Shown: positions 1 through 10,622, counted from the stretch's first letter. The stretch: DNA of 36,618 nt from Planctomycetaceae bacterium (GCA_046095965.1 JBJTJO010000122.1:1-36618), one strand, 5' to 3'. The notes: generated by a model from the sequence alone, not told the origin. A program made the numbers and translations.

Positions 1-125
1 GGGGGGGGGCGAGGCGGCGCCGGGCGCGGCCCCCCCCGGCGCGGGTGGCCTAGGGGGGGGCGGCGGCCCGGCCCGCCGCCGCTCTCCCGCCCCACGCGGT
101 TCCGTGGCTCGCTCCCGCCGCGGAC

Positions 126-374
126 GTGCCCGCCCCGGTGGCCGCTGTTCCCGCGTCGTCGCCACCGGTGCGCGCGGCGCCGGCCGCGGCTGTCACGGCT
201 GTGCGGGTCGGGCCCGGTGAGACGCTCGTCGCCCTGGCGCGCCGGCTGTACGGCGATCCCGCGATGGCGGAGCCGATCTTCGCCGCCAACCGGGACCGGC
301 TTCGCAGCCCCGACCTCGTGGTGGCCGGCATGGAACTGCGGCTGCCGCGACCCGTCACGGCTCCGCGGTCGTGA
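126..374 (+). CDS. LysM-domain protein, C-terminal part (5' end probably lost in low-quality sequence or outside the window)
   Basis: VRVGPGETLVALARRLYGDPAMAEPIFAANRDRLRSPDLVVAGMELRLP matches the LysM pattern; it follows a Pro/Ala linker. Confidence 0.75.
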   Translation: MPAPVAAVPASSPPVRAAPAAAVTAVRVGPGETLVALARRLYGDPAMAEPIFAANRDRLRSPDLVVAGMELRLPRPVTAPRS

Positions 375-1437
375 CGGCGTTGAGGAAGCCGTCGATGACG
401 GTTGCCGGATAGCTGCCGCGCGGGTCCTTCGGCACGTACGCGGCGAGGCCGTCGCCCGTCAGGCGGCTGTCGAACTGCCGCAGGTAGAGCGACGGCAGGC
501 CATCGGCGCCGAGTTTGGCGGCCTGGGTCGGCTGGTCCTGGCCGGACCGTTTCTCGTTCCAGCCGTCCGGACGCTGCCGCTTGAGCTGGTCGTAGATCTT
601 CACGGCATCGGTGTCCTGGCTGCCGGCGATCACGAGCACCGGCAGGCTGCGCTGCACAGGCTCGTCCCCGAGGGCGGGAGCGATCGCGAAGCCCCGGGTC
701 GCCCATGCCGGGCTCACGAGCACGAGACCGCGCACCTGCCGGCCCTGCGGGCCGGTTGCGAGATCCGGCCACCGCGCGTCGAGCAGCGTCCAGTGTGCGG
801 CGACGGCCGCGCCGGCGCCCGAGCCGACGATCACCAGCTTGGTCATGTCGAACTTCTCGGCCTCGGGCCCGCCCGCGATCCAATTCCGCACCGCCTCCAC
901 GTCGCCGATCACCGCCGCCTGGTCGCGGACCTGGCCGCCGGCCGTCATGACCATGGCCTCGAAGTCGGGCTTCTTGATCGCTGCGGCGTTGGCGGGCCCG
1001 CGACCCGCGGCCGGCGTGGTGGCGCCGTGTCCCCGGAGGTCCGGGGCCACCACGGCGATGCCCCGCGCCTGCAGCGCGCCCGCCAGCGGCTCGAGCGTCT
1101 TGTGCGAGCCGCCGAGATCGTGGAGGAGAATGACGACCGGTGTTCGTCGGGCCGCAGGCTTGTCGGTGGCCGCGTCCGCCTGCACCACGGCTGGGTAGTA
1201 CCAGGCGGCAAGCGTCACCTGGTCGGAGGTCGAGAGTTTGATGCGCTGGCCGGCGGCCGCGGGGGCCGCCACCGCCGCCGCCGCCGCCGGGGCCGGGGCC
1301 GGGGCCGGGGCCTGCCCGGGCACCGGGCCGACGGCGACCGCGAGGAGCCACCCGACCGCCAGCAGGCCTGGCTTTCCAAGCCGACACAGTGCGGCAGGCA
1401 GCAGGAAACGCGGGCCAATCGCGGATGGGACGGGCAT
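355..1437 (-). CDS. Exported alpha/beta-hydrolase-fold protein with degenerate catalytic motifs
   Basis: N-terminal hydrophobic signal and AP linker; TSDQVTLAAWY, VILLHDLGG, APDLRGHG, IVGSGAG elbow, LVLVSP, LVIAGSQD. Confidence 0.8.
   Translation of the reverse strand: MPVPSAIGPRFLLPAALCRLGKPGLLAVGWLLAVAVGPVPGQAPAPAPAPAAAAAVAAPAAAGQRIKLSTSDQVTLAAWYYPAVVQADAATDKPAARRTPVVILLHDLGGSHKTLEPLAGALQARGIAVVAPDLRGHGATTPAAGRGPANAAAIKKPDFEAMVMTAGGQVRDQAAVIGDVEAVRNWIAGGPEAEKFDMTKLVIVGSGAGAAVAAHWTLLDARWPDLATGPQGRQVRGLVLVSPAWATRGFAIAPALGDEPVQRSLPVLVIAGSQDTDAVKIYDQLKRQRPDGWNEKRSGQDQPTQAAKLGADGLPSLYLRQFDSRLTGDGLAAYVPKDPRGSYPATVIDGFLNAVTTAEP
1289..1312 (+). repeat. (GGGGCC)4 tandem repeat encoding an Ala-Pro linker on the minus strand
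   Basis: Four exact hexamer copies, preceded by a GCC run. Confidence 0.85.
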
Positions 1438-1585
1438 GGTCGATCCCGGCGAGGGAAGGATGGCGGGCCGAAAAAGTCACCCGGCGCCACTTTCGTCCGA
1501 TAGAATAATGAAGTTGGCGGTTCGGTTCCACGGGAGCGCGCCGGTGCCCGGGGGCGTGCGGCGCGGACGTGTGCGAGGCCATGCC

Positions 1586-3562
1586 ATGAGTACCCTCGAA
1601 CGGGCCCGGCTGTGGTGGCAGCGCACCACCGGCGAGGACGAGACGCCGCTCGACGGCGACACGCCGGCCTGGGCCGTGAGCATGATCGTGCACGTGGGCG
1701 TGCTGCTCGCCATGGCTCTCATGATGATCCCGCCGGATCGGCCTCCGGCCGATGTGATCACGATCCTCCAGACGCAGCCGGATACCACGGAGCCGGTCGA
1801 GGAGATCTTCGAGACTCCGGACGACGTCGAGATCGCCCCGCAGTCGGACGCAGCCGGCTCGCAGCAGGCGGAGAACGCCGTGGTCGCGGTCTCGCTCGCA
1901 GCCGTGGTGAGCGAGCAGCCGGACGTGACGGTGAACGTCATGGACACGATCGCCAGCGACATCACGGTGGACCTGCCCGTGGACGACGTCCCTCCGGAGG
2001 GCCTGATCGCCTCCAGCCTCACGATCGCGGGCGACTCCGCCGTGGGCACGACCGGTGCGGGCGGTGCCGTCGATCGGCTCACGGCGGAGATCAAGGCCTC
2101 GCTCGAGCAGCGGCCGACACTCGTGTGCTGGGTGTTCGACCAGTCGGTCAGCCTGTCCGCACAGCGGAAGGAGATCGCCGCCCGCCTCGACAGGGTGTTC
2201 GACGAGCTCGGCACGAACGGCTCCCGGGCCAACCGCCCCGATCTCACGAACATCGTCCTTGCCTACGGCAAGCAGGTCACGCCCGTGGTGCTCAAGCCCA
2301 CCCGTGAGTGCGCGGAGGTCGTGAAGGCCATCGAGTCGATCCCGGTCGATGAGTCGGGCGTGGAGATGAGCTTCACCGCGCTCGCCGAGGCCGCCAAGGC
2401 GGGGAAGATCGCCCGCGTCAGCCCGCTGCAGCGGAACGTGATGATCGTGGCCTTCACCGACGAGGTGGGGAACGACGAGCAGTTGGCCGACCAGGTCGCC
2501 GCGTTCTGCCGCCAGCAGGCGATGCGGGTCTACGTCGTCGGCGTGCCCGCCCCCTTCGGCCTCAGGCAGGTCCAGGTGCGGTTCGTGGAGTACGACAAGA
2601 AGTTCGACCAGGACGACCAGTTTCCGGTCGTGGACCAGGGCCCCGAGACGCTGTATCCGGAGGCGGTGCGGATCGGCGTGAACAAGGCGGCCGACGAGCC
2701 GATCGACTCCGGGTTCGGTCCCTACAGCCTGTCGAAGGTGTGCGCCGAGACCGGCGGCATCTACTTCTGCGTCCACGCCAACCGCAAGACGGGCGGCCGC
2801 GTGACGGAGACGGCGCCGATGGCGTCGCGGCTGCGCCACTTCTTCGAGGCCGACGCGATGCGGGCCTACCGACCGGACTACCTGCCGGCCGCCAAGGTCG
2901 ATCAGCTCATCGCGGCCAACCGGGCCAAGAAGGCGCTCGTCGATGCCGCCCGGGCGGCCGCGGTCGGGGCGATGACGGAACCGCGGATGACGTTCCCCCG
3001 CGAGGACGACGGCAAGCTGGCGAACCTGCTGAGCGAGGCCCAGAAGGTGGCGGCGGTGCTGGCACCGAAGATCGACGCCCTCCACGCGACCCTCGTCGCG
3101 GGCCAGGGCGACCGCGACAAGATCGGCTCGACCGAAAAGCGGTGGCAGGCGGGCTACGATCTGGCCATGGGCCGGGTGCTGGCCGCGAAAATCCGCACCG
3201 ACGCCTACAACATCATGCTCGCACAGGCCAAGGGCGGGATGAAGTTCAAGGATCCGGGGCACGACACCTGGAACCTGGTGCAGAGCGACACCGTGTCGAA
3301 CGTCGGCTCGCAGACGGAGAAGCTGGCGGGACAGGCCCGGGGCTTCCTGGAGCGGGTCGTGAAGGACCATCCCGGCACGCCGTGGGCGCTGATCGCGGCC
3401 GAGGAACTGCGGACGCCGCTCGGGTACGAGTGGGAGGAGAGCTTCACGGGTGTCATGGCCCGCAAGGCGGGCGACGGCGCGGGCGGCAATCCCCGCCAGT
3501 CCGACGACGCGAAGCGGATGGAGCTGCAGCGGAAGCCGAAGCGGCCACTCAAGAACCTGTGA
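1586..3562 (+). CDS. Membrane-anchored von Willebrand factor type A (vWA) domain protein
   Basis: Start chosen at ATG 1586 (MSTLERARLWW); TM helix WAVSMIVHVGVLLAMALMMI; acidic linker; MIDAS DQSVS and TDE. Confidence 0.8.
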   Translation: MSTLERARLWWQRTTGEDETPLDGDTPAWAVSMIVHVGVLLAMALMMIPPDRPPADVITILQTQPDTTEPVEEIFETPDDVEIAPQSDAAGSQQAENAVVAVSLAAVVSEQPDVTVNVMDTIASDITVDLPVDDVPPEGLIASSLTIAGDSAVGTTGAGGAVDRLTAEIKASLEQRPTLVCWVFDQSVSLSAQRKEIAARLDRVFDELGTNGSRANRPDLTNIVLAYGKQVTPVVLKPTRECAEVVKAIESIPVDESGVEMSFTALAEAAKAGKIARVSPLQRNVMIVAFTDEVGNDEQLADQVAAFCRQQAMRVYVVGVPAPFGLRQVQVRFVEYDKKFDQDDQFPVVDQGPETLYPEAVRIGVNKAADEPIDSGFGPYSLSKVCAETGGIYFCVHANRKTGGRVTETAPMASRLRHFFEADAMRAYRPDYLPAAKVDQLIAANRAKKALVDAARAAAVGAMTEPRMTFPREDDGKLANLLSEAQKVAAVLAPKIDALHATLVAGQGDRDKIGSTEKRWQAGYDLAMGRVLAAKIRTDAYNIMLAQAKGGMKFKDPGHDTWNLVQSDTVSNVGSQTEKLAGQARGFLERVVKDHPGTPWALIAAEELRTPLGYEWEESFTGVMARKAGDGAGGNPRQSDDAKRMELQRKPKRPLKNL

Positions 3563-3580
3563 CGGTTCGCCGGCGAGGCG

Positions 3581-4234
3581 TCAGAACGTGAGCGATTCCT
3601 CCGCGAACACGTCGCGGCTCTCGTAGGCGTGGAAGCACCGCGAGATCTTCTGCGAGAGCATCTGGAGAAACATGGCCCGGAACTGCGACTCCGAGCGGTC
3701 GGCCGACGGGATCGCACTGTCGGCCGGGAACGCGAAGTCGTCGAAGCGGCGCTCGAACGCCACCGTACCCTTGGCGATGTCGTAGACGCGGACCGTCGCG
3801 CTTGCCCGGCCCCGGTAGAGCGTGGAGCCCTCGTGGAGCCGAAACCGCTCGAGGTCGATGCCCACCACGTAGTCGGCATCGAGTGACTTGCCGAGGGTGG
3901 CGTAGTCGATCCAGGCGTTCTCGTCGAGCCAGCGGGCCACCTCCTGCTGGCCGATGACGCGGACGCGGCGGACGTTGCGCTCGACCTGGCCCGCGACGAG
4001 GACCGCCAGTTCGCGGGCCGAGCCCGCGTCGCTGAACTCGAGTTCCACGATCGGCCGGCAGACCACGGCGACGTGCTTGCCCTTCAGGCCCGCGAACTCG
4101 GCCGGCACGTCGGCCGGCTGCAGGAGATAGGCCGCCGTCAGGAGCGTGGAGCAGCCGCCGAGGAGCGGTGCCGCGAGCAGAGCCGCCAGCAACGCGAGCG
4201 ACAGCCCTCGGGATCGGGACGACCGGGCGATCAT
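3581..4234 (-). CDS. Putative lipoprotein of unknown function
   Basis: Basic N-terminus, hydrophobic stretch and lipobox-like LLGGC; fits the gene spacing; GAGGA upstream of the start. Confidence 0.7.
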   Translation of the reverse strand: MIARSSRSRGLSLALLAALLAAPLLGGCSTLLTAAYLLQPADVPAEFAGLKGKHVAVVCRPIVELEFSDAGSARELAVLVAGQVERNVRRVRVIGQQEVARWLDENAWIDYATLGKSLDADYVVGIDLERFRLHEGSTLYRGRASATVRVYDIAKGTVAFERRFDDFAFPADSAIPSADRSESQFRAMFLQMLSQKISRCFHAYESRDVFAEESLTF

Positions 4235-4454
4235 GGGCGAATCCTCGGCGGCGGGTGACGCGGGCGGAGGAGCGTAGCGGGGGGCGCGCGGCCGCTCAAT
4301 GCCGCTTGCCGGCCGCGGCGCGGCCGGGCGGGGGTGCTTTTCCCGGGTCGGCGGGCGCGGCAGACTAGGGAACTCGAGGGCCGCTCAGGGCCGCATCCGG
4401 GGACTGGGACCGCCGGTGACATCTCCCCTTGGCACGCACGACGCCGACGCAGCG

Positions 4455-5543
4455 GTGACCTCCGCGGCATCGAACGATTTCCTCGCCGCGCTCGCGACGG
4501 AGATCCCGCCCGGGTTCTGGTCGATGCCGGTGCTCGTCTGCTGTTCAGGCGGCGCCGACAGCGTGGCCCTCCTGCTGGGACTCGTGCGGATCGCGCCCCC
4601 GGGGGCGGCGGGCCGCCTCGTGGTCGTGCATGCGGAGCACGATCTCCGCGCTGCCGCGGAGCAGGACCGGGCGTTCGTCGTCGAACTCACGGACCGGCTC
4701 GGCGTGCGACTCGTGTGGGGCAGGCTCGCCGTCCGCGCGGCGGGCGCCGGACCACGCGGCGAGGGTGTCGAGGCCCGGGCACGGCGGCTGCGGTACGACT
4801 TCTTCGCCGCCGTGGCGCGGGACGTCGGGGCACGGCACGCGGCCGTGGCCCACACCGCCGACGACCAGGCCGAGACGATCCTCCAGCGGATGCTAAGGGG
4901 CACGGGCCTCGCCGGCCTCGGCGGCATGAAGGAGGCGCGGCCGCTGTGCGACGGCGTGGCGCTCGTGCGACCGCTCCTGCGGATGCGCCGAGCCGACGTG
5001 CGGGCATTCCTCGCGGCCGGTGGCGAGGCTTGGCGCGAGGACGAGTCGAACGCCGACGTGCGGCCGGCCCGCAACTTTCTCCGGCACGAGGTGCTGCCGC
5101 GCTGCGCGGCGGGACCGTTCCCAGCGGCCGTCGAGTCGCTCGCGCGGCTCGGCCGGCAGGCGGAAGTCCTGGCCGGCGCGATCGCGAGCGCCGCGGAGCA
5201 CCTGCGTGAAACGCACTCGGTCCGCCGGGCCGACGGCACGGTCGTGATGCGGACGGCGTCGCTCGCCGCGCTCGACCCGCACCTCGTGGCCGAGATCTTC
5301 GCCTGCCTCTGGCGGCGCGAGAACTGGCCGCGCCGCGACATGACGGCCCGGCACTACGCCCGGTTGGCCGCGATCGCGGCGGAGGCGGCGCACTCGCCGC
5401 GGCCGACGGCCTGCGACCTGCCGGGGGGCATCCGCGCCCGCACCGCGGGAGCCGGCATCCTCGAGTTGGGGACCGGAGCCGATCCCCGACGGCCTCAGGA
5501 CTTCATGTCCACGCGCCGAAAGCCGCCGACGCTCGCGAAGTAG
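4455..5543 (+). CDS. tilS: tRNA(Ile)-lysidine synthetase
   Basis: PP-loop [43 protein letters not shown]; start approximate (GTG 4455 or 4416). Confidence 0.93.
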   Translation: MTSAASNDFLAALATEIPPGFWSMPVLVCCSGGADSVALLLGLVRIAPPGAAGRLVVVHAEHDLRAAAEQDRAFVVELTDRLGVRLVWGRLAVRAAGAGPRGEGVEARARRLRYDFFAAVARDVGARHAAVAHTADDQAETILQRMLRGTGLAGLGGMKEARPLCDGVALVRPLLRMRRADVRAFLAAGGEAWREDESNADVRPARNFLRHEVLPRCAAGPFPAAVESLARLGRQAEVLAGAIASAAEHLRETHSVRRADGTVVMRTASLAALDPHLVAEIFACLWRRENWPRRDMTARHYARLAAIAAEAAHSPRPTACDLPGGIRARTAGAGILELGTGADPRRPQDFMSTRRKPPTLAK

Positions 5544-7180
5544 CCGAGCAGCGCCAGGTAACTGGCGGCCATGGTGGCCGGGATGAATGAGTCGGCCTTG
5601 AGCGTGTCGCGATCTCCCTGCTGATCGGCGTCGCGGACGGTCAGGGCTTCGGGCTTGGCGGCGGCCTTGGTCTCGGCCGCGGTGACGACGGCCTCGGCGG
5701 CCGTCCGTTCAACATCGGTCTTGGCGTTCGACACCGAAAGCTTCGCTGCTTCCACCGCCTTGAGCACGCTCACTGCCTCGGCCACCTTCTGGCCGTCGAG
5801 GCCAAACGTCTCGGTGGCCGGGATGTTGAGGAAGGAACTCGACTTTTCCGAGCGATACTGCTCGTAGGCGGCGGCGTTGGTCAGCTTGAGCGCCTCGCCG
5901 GCGAAGCGGTCCTTGCAGTATCCGAGGCCGGGGCCGCCGATGAGCCCGGCGGAGAGCATGCCGATGCCGCCCATGATCGACATCGCCACGGCGCCGGTCT
6001 GGGGAAAGCGATCGCCGACGACGGCGAGCATCGTCGGCCAGAAGAACGTCTTGCCGACGGCGTAGATCCCGAGCGCGGCGAGGGCCGCGGGGAACGTGCT
6101 CATCCCGCTGGCGAACCGCAGGCCCACGAAGGCGAGCAGCGAAGAGACGAGCAGGATGCCGATCGGCGAGAGCCCAAGCCGGGTCTCGATGAAGTGGGCG
6201 CAGAACCGCAGGCCGAACATGATCACCGACGTCCAGATGAAGAGCGCCTTGCCCTGCTCGGAGGAGAACAGGTTGCCGGTGATGTTCTGGATCCAGCTGT
6301 CGGTGCCGAGTTCCACGGCCCCCACGAGGGCGTGCGTGACGAACAGCACGAAGAGCAGCAGGGAGCCGATGGAGAATTTCGTCATCACGGCGACGCCGGC
6401 GAGCAGCACGCCGCCGAGCGCGTAGCCGATCAGGGCGGCGTTCTCCGGCACGAAGTTCTTGAGGATGTCGCCGAAGAACAGCGCCAGCAAAAAGCAGGCG
6501 ACCGCGGCGCCGAGGATGCCCACGTCGCGGAACATGTCGATGAAGCTCGCCCCCTTCGCCGCGGCCTCCGACTTGGGGAACTTCTGACCCAGGAACATGA
6601 GGGCGTAGAGGACGGTCGGCACGAGGTAAAGCGCGAGCTGCCACTTCCAGTCGACGTGCAGGCGATCGTCGAGCAGCCACCCAGCGACCGTGCCGAGCAC
6701 CATCCCGGCGGGCCAGCTCGCGTGGAGGATGTTGAGGTAGTGGGTGCGGTTGCCGGGGAACACCGTCGCGACGAGCGGGTTGGCGACGGCCTCGAGGGTG
6801 CCGTTGGCGAACGCGAAGATGAACGAGCCCCAGAAGAGCATCTGGTAGGCGTTGGCCTCGGACGAGGCGCTGAACGTGACGACCGCCGAGAGGATGTGCC
6901 CGACCAGGGCGAGGGCCACGAGCTTGCCGTAGCCGAGCTTGTCCACGATGAGGCCGCCGATGATGATCCCGAAGCAGAAGCCCGTGAGCCCGGCGCCGGT
7001 GATCTGGCCGACCTGGAGGGCCGTGAAGCCGAACTGCTCGCGCCAGTTGTCGAGGATGCCGCCGCGGATCGCGAAGCCCACGCCGGCGGCCAGGATCGCC
7101 ATGAAGCCGGCCCACAGGAGCCGGTGGGCGTTGGGGACGGCGGGCGTGTCGTCGATCGTCGCGGAGCCGTGGGCGTTCAT
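5495..7180 (-). CDS. MFS transporter with a large soluble loop before the last helix
   Basis: Many TM helices; motif-A-like [11 protein letters not shown]; [11 protein letters not shown]; HASWPAG; [10 protein letters not shown]; start chosen at MNAHGS. Confidence 0.88.
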   Translation of the reverse strand: MNAHGSATIDDTPAVPNAHRLLWAGFMAILAAGVGFAIRGGILDNWREQFGFTALQVGQITGAGLTGFCFGIIIGGLIVDKLGYGKLVALALVGHILSAVVTFSASSEANAYQMLFWGSFIFAFANGTLEAVANPLVATVFPGNRTHYLNILHASWPAGMVLGTVAGWLLDDRLHVDWKWQLALYLVPTVLYALMFLGQKFPKSEAAAKGASFIDMFRDVGILGAAVACFLLALFFGDILKNFVPENAALIGYALGGVLLAGVAVMTKFSIGSLLLFVLFVTHALVGAVELGTDSWIQNITGNLFSSEQGKALFIWTSVIMFGLRFCAHFIETRLGLSPIGILLVSSLLAFVGLRFASGMSTFPAALAALGIYAVGKTFFWPTMLAVVGDRFPQTGAVAMSIMGGIGMLSAGLIGGPGLGYCKDRFAGEALKLTNAAAYEQYRSEKSSSFLNIPATETFGLDGQKVAEAVSVLKAVEAAKLSVSNAKTDVERTAAEAVVTAAETKAAAKPEALTVRDADQQGDRDTLKADSFIPATMAASYLALLGYFASVGGFRRVDMKS

Positions 7181-7405
7181 GCCGGTGTCCTCGGAAGGTC
7201 TCGAATCGGGCTGCTGGGGGGCGTGGCGGAGACCCGGTTCCCCGACCAACGGCCCGGTCCTCTAGCAAGCCGCGCAGGCTGGCGAAACGGCGGGTTTTCG
7301 GCGGGGGTGCCTGGTCGGCGGCGGCTTGACCCCCGGGGAGGGCGGGCCTACGTGCCCGACCCCTTTCCCGGGCCGCGGCCCGGGGTGCGCGCCGCGTGGG
7401 CCGAC

Positions 7406-10400
7406 ATGAAGCCGCTGGCCGACATCCTCTGGTCGCTCGTCCGCTGGGCGCTGCCCCTCACGGTGGCCGGCGTCGCCGCCGCCATCGCCATCGGCTCGAC
7501 GCGGGTCGGCGAGGAGGTCCGCCGGCGGGTCGAGGCGCGGCTGCGCGAGGAGTTTCCCGGGCTCGTGGTGCAGGTCGAGGGGGCCGGGCTCGTCGAGGGG
7601 CAGGGGATCATGGTCCGGGGCGTGACGCTCGCCGATCCGGCCCTCCCCACGCGTCACCGGCAGGTCGTCCGCATCGACGAGATCCTGCTGGACTGCCGCA
7701 CGACGCTCGCCGAACTCGCCGCGGGCGCCCCGCGCATCACGGCCGTCAGGCTCCGCCGGCCGACGGTGCACGCGGTGCGCGCGCCCGACGGCGGCTGGAG
7801 CGTGGCCCGCCTGCTCGTCCGCCGGCCGGTGCGCGAGGCCGTGCCGGTCTCGGTGGACGACGCCACGCTCGTGGTCGAGGACCCCGCCCACCGGCAATGG
7901 CTCACCGTGCGGCAGATCGGCCTCGAGGTCGCACCGGCCGCCGCCGGCGTGACCCTGCGCGGCGTCGCCTCGAGCGACCTCTTCGAGCGGGCCACGTTCA
8001 CCGGCACGCTCGGGCTCCGCGACGGCACCTTCGATCTCGCCGGCACGGTGGAGTCGCTCGACGTGTCACCCCGCGTGCACGCGCTCGTGCCGGCCGGCGG
8101 CGCCGCGGAGTGGATCGCGGGACTGCGGGGCCGCGTGGGCCTCGACTGGCACGTCGCCGGCTCGCTCGACGCGCCCGCGGCCGTCGCCTTCGGCGTCGAT
8201 GGGCGGATCGAGGCGGGCCGCTTCGAGCATGCTTCGCTTCCCTTCGCGCTGAGCGACGTGTCCGCGGCCTTCCACGCCGACCGCTCCGGCGCGACCTGGG
8301 AACGGCTCGAGGCCCGCTCCGGGACCACGCTCGTCCGGGGCTCCGGCCGGCTCGCGGGCTGGCGGCCCGACGCCGACGTCGATCTGCTCCTCGAGGCGGA
8401 GCGGCTCACGGTCGGACGCCACTGGGAGGGCTTCCTGCCCGGGGCTCTGGCCGCACAGTGGAGCAAGCTCATGCCCGCGGGCGAGATCGACGTCAGCGCG
8501 CGACTCGCCCGTCGCGCCGGAGCGCTGTCGCCCGACGTGGCCGTCCGCTGCCGCAACGTGTCGCTCACCCACTATCGCTTCCCGTACCGGCTCGACCGCA
8601 CCGTGGGGACGGTCACCTTCAAGGGCACGACGCTCCAGATCCACCTCACCGGCGAGGCGGGCGGCCATCCGGTGCACGTCGAGGGGACGATCGACACGGC
8701 GCCGGCCGGCGGCCGCGGCTTCGTGGAGGTCAGCGGCGACGGCATGCGGATCGACGACGCGCTGCTCGCTGCACTGCCGCCGCGGAGCGCCGACATCCTG
8801 CGGAAGCTCCGCGCCGCCGGCACCTTCGACTTCGTCTTCCGGCACGACCGGTCGCCGCAGTCCCCCGGCGGCCACGCCAACTCGTTGGGCATCCGCCTGG
8901 AGCAGTGCAGCCTGGCCTATGCCGGCTTCCCCTACCCGCTGTCGAACGTGGCCGGCACGATCCGCATGGACCGGGGTCGGTGGACGATCGGCGAGCTGAC
9001 CGGGTCGAACGACACGGGCATCGTCCGGTGCACGGGCACGCTCGAGCCGCGTGGCGACGACGACGGCGAACTCGTGCTGCACTTGGCGGGGAGCGGCGTC
9101 GTGCTGGAGCGCGAGCTTCGCGACGCGCTGCCGCCGGGCATGCGCCGGATCTGGGACGATCTCGACCCCCGCGGCAGTGCCGCGTTCGCCGCCACCGTGC
9201 GGCACCGGGTCAAGGCCCGCGACACCGCCGTCGAACTCGAGGCGGTGCCGCAGGGGGACACCGTCTCGATCGAGCCCGCCTGGTTCCCGTACCGGCTGGA
9301 GCGGCTCCGCGGGCGGCTCGTGTGGCGCGACGGCCGGCTGCGGTTCGAGGATGTCCGCGGCGCGCACGACCGGACGACCGTGGCGGCCGCCGGCAGCTGC
9401 CGGTTCACCCCCGACGGCGGCTGGCACGTGTCGTTCGAGCGGCTGGCGGCCGATCGCTTCCGCCTCGACCGCCAGGTGCTCGACGCGCTGCCCGAGGGGC
9501 TCGCGCGGGCCGTGGCGGGCGTCCGCCTGGGGGGACTGTTGTCGCTCGAGGGCACGATCGACGTCCATTCGACCGAACCGGTCGCCGTGGTCCGCCCCGA
9601 CGGGCGGACCGAATCGCTCCCCGGCCCGCCGGCGGCGGCCTGGGACGTGCAACTCGACATGGAGCAGGCGTCGCTCGACGTGGGCGTGCCCGTGGAGCAC
9701 GTGCATGGCGGCGTGCGGTTGCGGGGCGCGAGCGACGGCCGGGCATGGTCGTCGCGGGGCGACGTGGCGATCGACAGCGCGATGATCCGCGGCGTGCAGC
9801 TGACGGCGGTGGAGGGGCCGCTCGCCCTCGACGCCGCGGGTGTGCGCTTCGGACAGCCGGCGGGCGGACCCGCCGGGCCGGGGCGCCGGTTCTCGGCGCG
9901 GCTCGCCGGAGGCAGGCTGGCCGCCGACGGCAGCGTGGAGTCCGGCGAGGCCGGGCGGTTCACCGTCGCCGCGTCGCTGGCCGACGCCGACCTCGCCCGG
10001 CTGGCCACCGAGGCGACGGGCGTCGCCCATCGTTACGCGGGCCGCGTGCAGGGGGCGGTGGAGGTGAGCGGCTCCCGCGCCGGCACGCACTCGCTGGGGG
10101 GCCGCGGGCAGGTGCGGCTCACCGACGCCGACATCTATGAATTGCCCGTGGTCGTGGCGCTGCTCAAGATCCTCCGCGTGCGTGCTCCCGACCGCAACGC
10201 CTTCACCAGCAGCGTCGTAGACTTCCACATCGAGGGGCCTCGCGCCTATCTCGACACGATCGAGCTCTCCGGCGACGCGATCAGCCTCGTGGGCGCGGGC
10301 GAGGTCGATTTCGACTCCAACCTGCGGCTCACCTTCCGTTCGATCATGGGCGAGGCCGAGACGCAGTTGCCGGTCATGAAGCGGGTCATGGGCGGGGCGA

Positions 10401-10561
10401 GCGGCCCGTTCATGCTCATGCACGTCGATGGCACGCTCGCCGACCCGGTCACGTCCACCGAGGCGTTCCCCACGCTCGCCGCGGCGATCCAGCAGTTCCA
10501 GACGCAGCGGCGCGAGGGCGCCGGGCCACGGATCGCCGGCGGCCGCGCGGCCCCGCGCTGA
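7406..10561 (+). CDS. AsmA-like (TamB/YhdP-type) envelope protein, 1051 aa
   Basis: Single N-terminal TM anchor; long beta-strand-rich repeats (FPYRL, FPYPL, LPFAL); AsmA-like C-terminus (IELSGDAISLVGAGEVDFD, VDGTLADP). Confidence 0.75.
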   Translation: MKPLADILWSLVRWALPLTVAGVAAAIAIGSTRVGEEVRRRVEARLREEFPGLVVQVEGAGLVEGQGIMVRGVTLADPALPTRHRQVVRIDEILLDCRTTLAELAAGAPRITAVRLRRPTVHAVRAPDGGWSVARLLVRRPVREAVPVSVDDATLVVEDPAHRQWLTVRQIGLEVAPAAAGVTLRGVASSDLFERATFTGTLGLRDGTFDLAGTVESLDVSPRVHALVPAGGAAEWIAGLRGRVGLDWHVAGSLDAPAAVAFGVDGRIEAGRFEHASLPFALSDVSAAFHADRSGATWERLEARSGTTLVRGSGRLAGWRPDADVDLLLEAERLTVGRHWEGFLPGALAAQWSKLMPAGEIDVSARLARRAGALSPDVAVRCRNVSLTHYRFPYRLDRTVGTVTFKGTTLQIHLTGEAGGHPVHVEGTIDTAPAGGRGFVEVSGDGMRIDDALLAALPPRSADILRKLRAAGTFDFVFRHDRSPQSPGGHANSLGIRLEQCSLAYAGFPYPLSNVAGTIRMDRGRWTIGELTGSNDTGIVRCTGTLEPRGDDDGELVLHLAGSGVVLERELRDALPPGMRRIWDDLDPRGSAAFAATVRHRVKARDTAVELEAVPQGDTVSIEPAWFPYRLERLRGRLVWRDGRLRFEDVRGAHDRTTVAAAGSCRFTPDGGWHVSFERLAADRFRLDRQVLDALPEGLARAVAGVRLGGLLSLEGTIDVHSTEPVAVVRPDGRTESLPGPPAAAWDVQLDMEQASLDVGVPVEHVHGGVRLRGASDGRAWSSRGDVAIDSAMIRGVQLTAVEGPLALDAAGVRFGQPAGGPAGPGRRFSARLAGGRLAADGSVESGEAGRFTVAASLADADLARLATEATGVAHRYAGRVQGAVEVSGSRAGTHSLGGRGQVRLTDADIYELPVVVALLKILRVRAPDRNAFTSSVVDFHIEGPRAYLDTIELSGDAISLVGAGEVDFDSNLRLTFRSIMGEAETQLPVMKRVMGGASGPFMLMHVDGTLADPVTSTEAFPTLAAAIQQFQTQRREGAGPRIAGGRAAPR

Positions 10562-10606
10562 CGGCGGCGCCCGGGGGAATTGGCCTGCGAGGGGGCGCGG
10601 GGCGCC

Positions 10607-10615
10607 TGCTACGAT
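10607..10615 (+). promoter_or_regulatory. Extended -10 element TGcTACGAT, 7 nt before the dapF ATG
   Basis: TG-n-TAnnnT match; spacing fits a leaderless start. Confidence 0.5.
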
Positions 10616-10622
10616 CCCGGTC

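Noticed and set aside
1-125. Long G and C homopolymer runs at the window start
   Set aside because: They look like low-quality contig-end consensus that disrupts the LysM gene frame; nothing supports a functional element
1289-1312. (GGGGCC)4 as a functional G-quadruplex or phase-variation tract
   Set aside because: It is fully explained as in-frame Ala-Pro linker coding; unit changes would keep the frame
50-3370. 1106-aa minus-strand ORF and the many other long Arg/Pro/Gly-rich overlapping ORFs
   Set aside because: These are shadow frames of real genes in high-GC DNA and carry no recognisable motifs
5495-5543. 49-bp convergent overlap of tilS and the MFS gene
   Set aside because: Short 3' overlaps are common in high-GC genomes
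7326-7354. TTGACC-N17-TACGTG promoter for the AsmA-like gene
   Set aside because: The -10 lacks the conserved final T, so it is too weak to call
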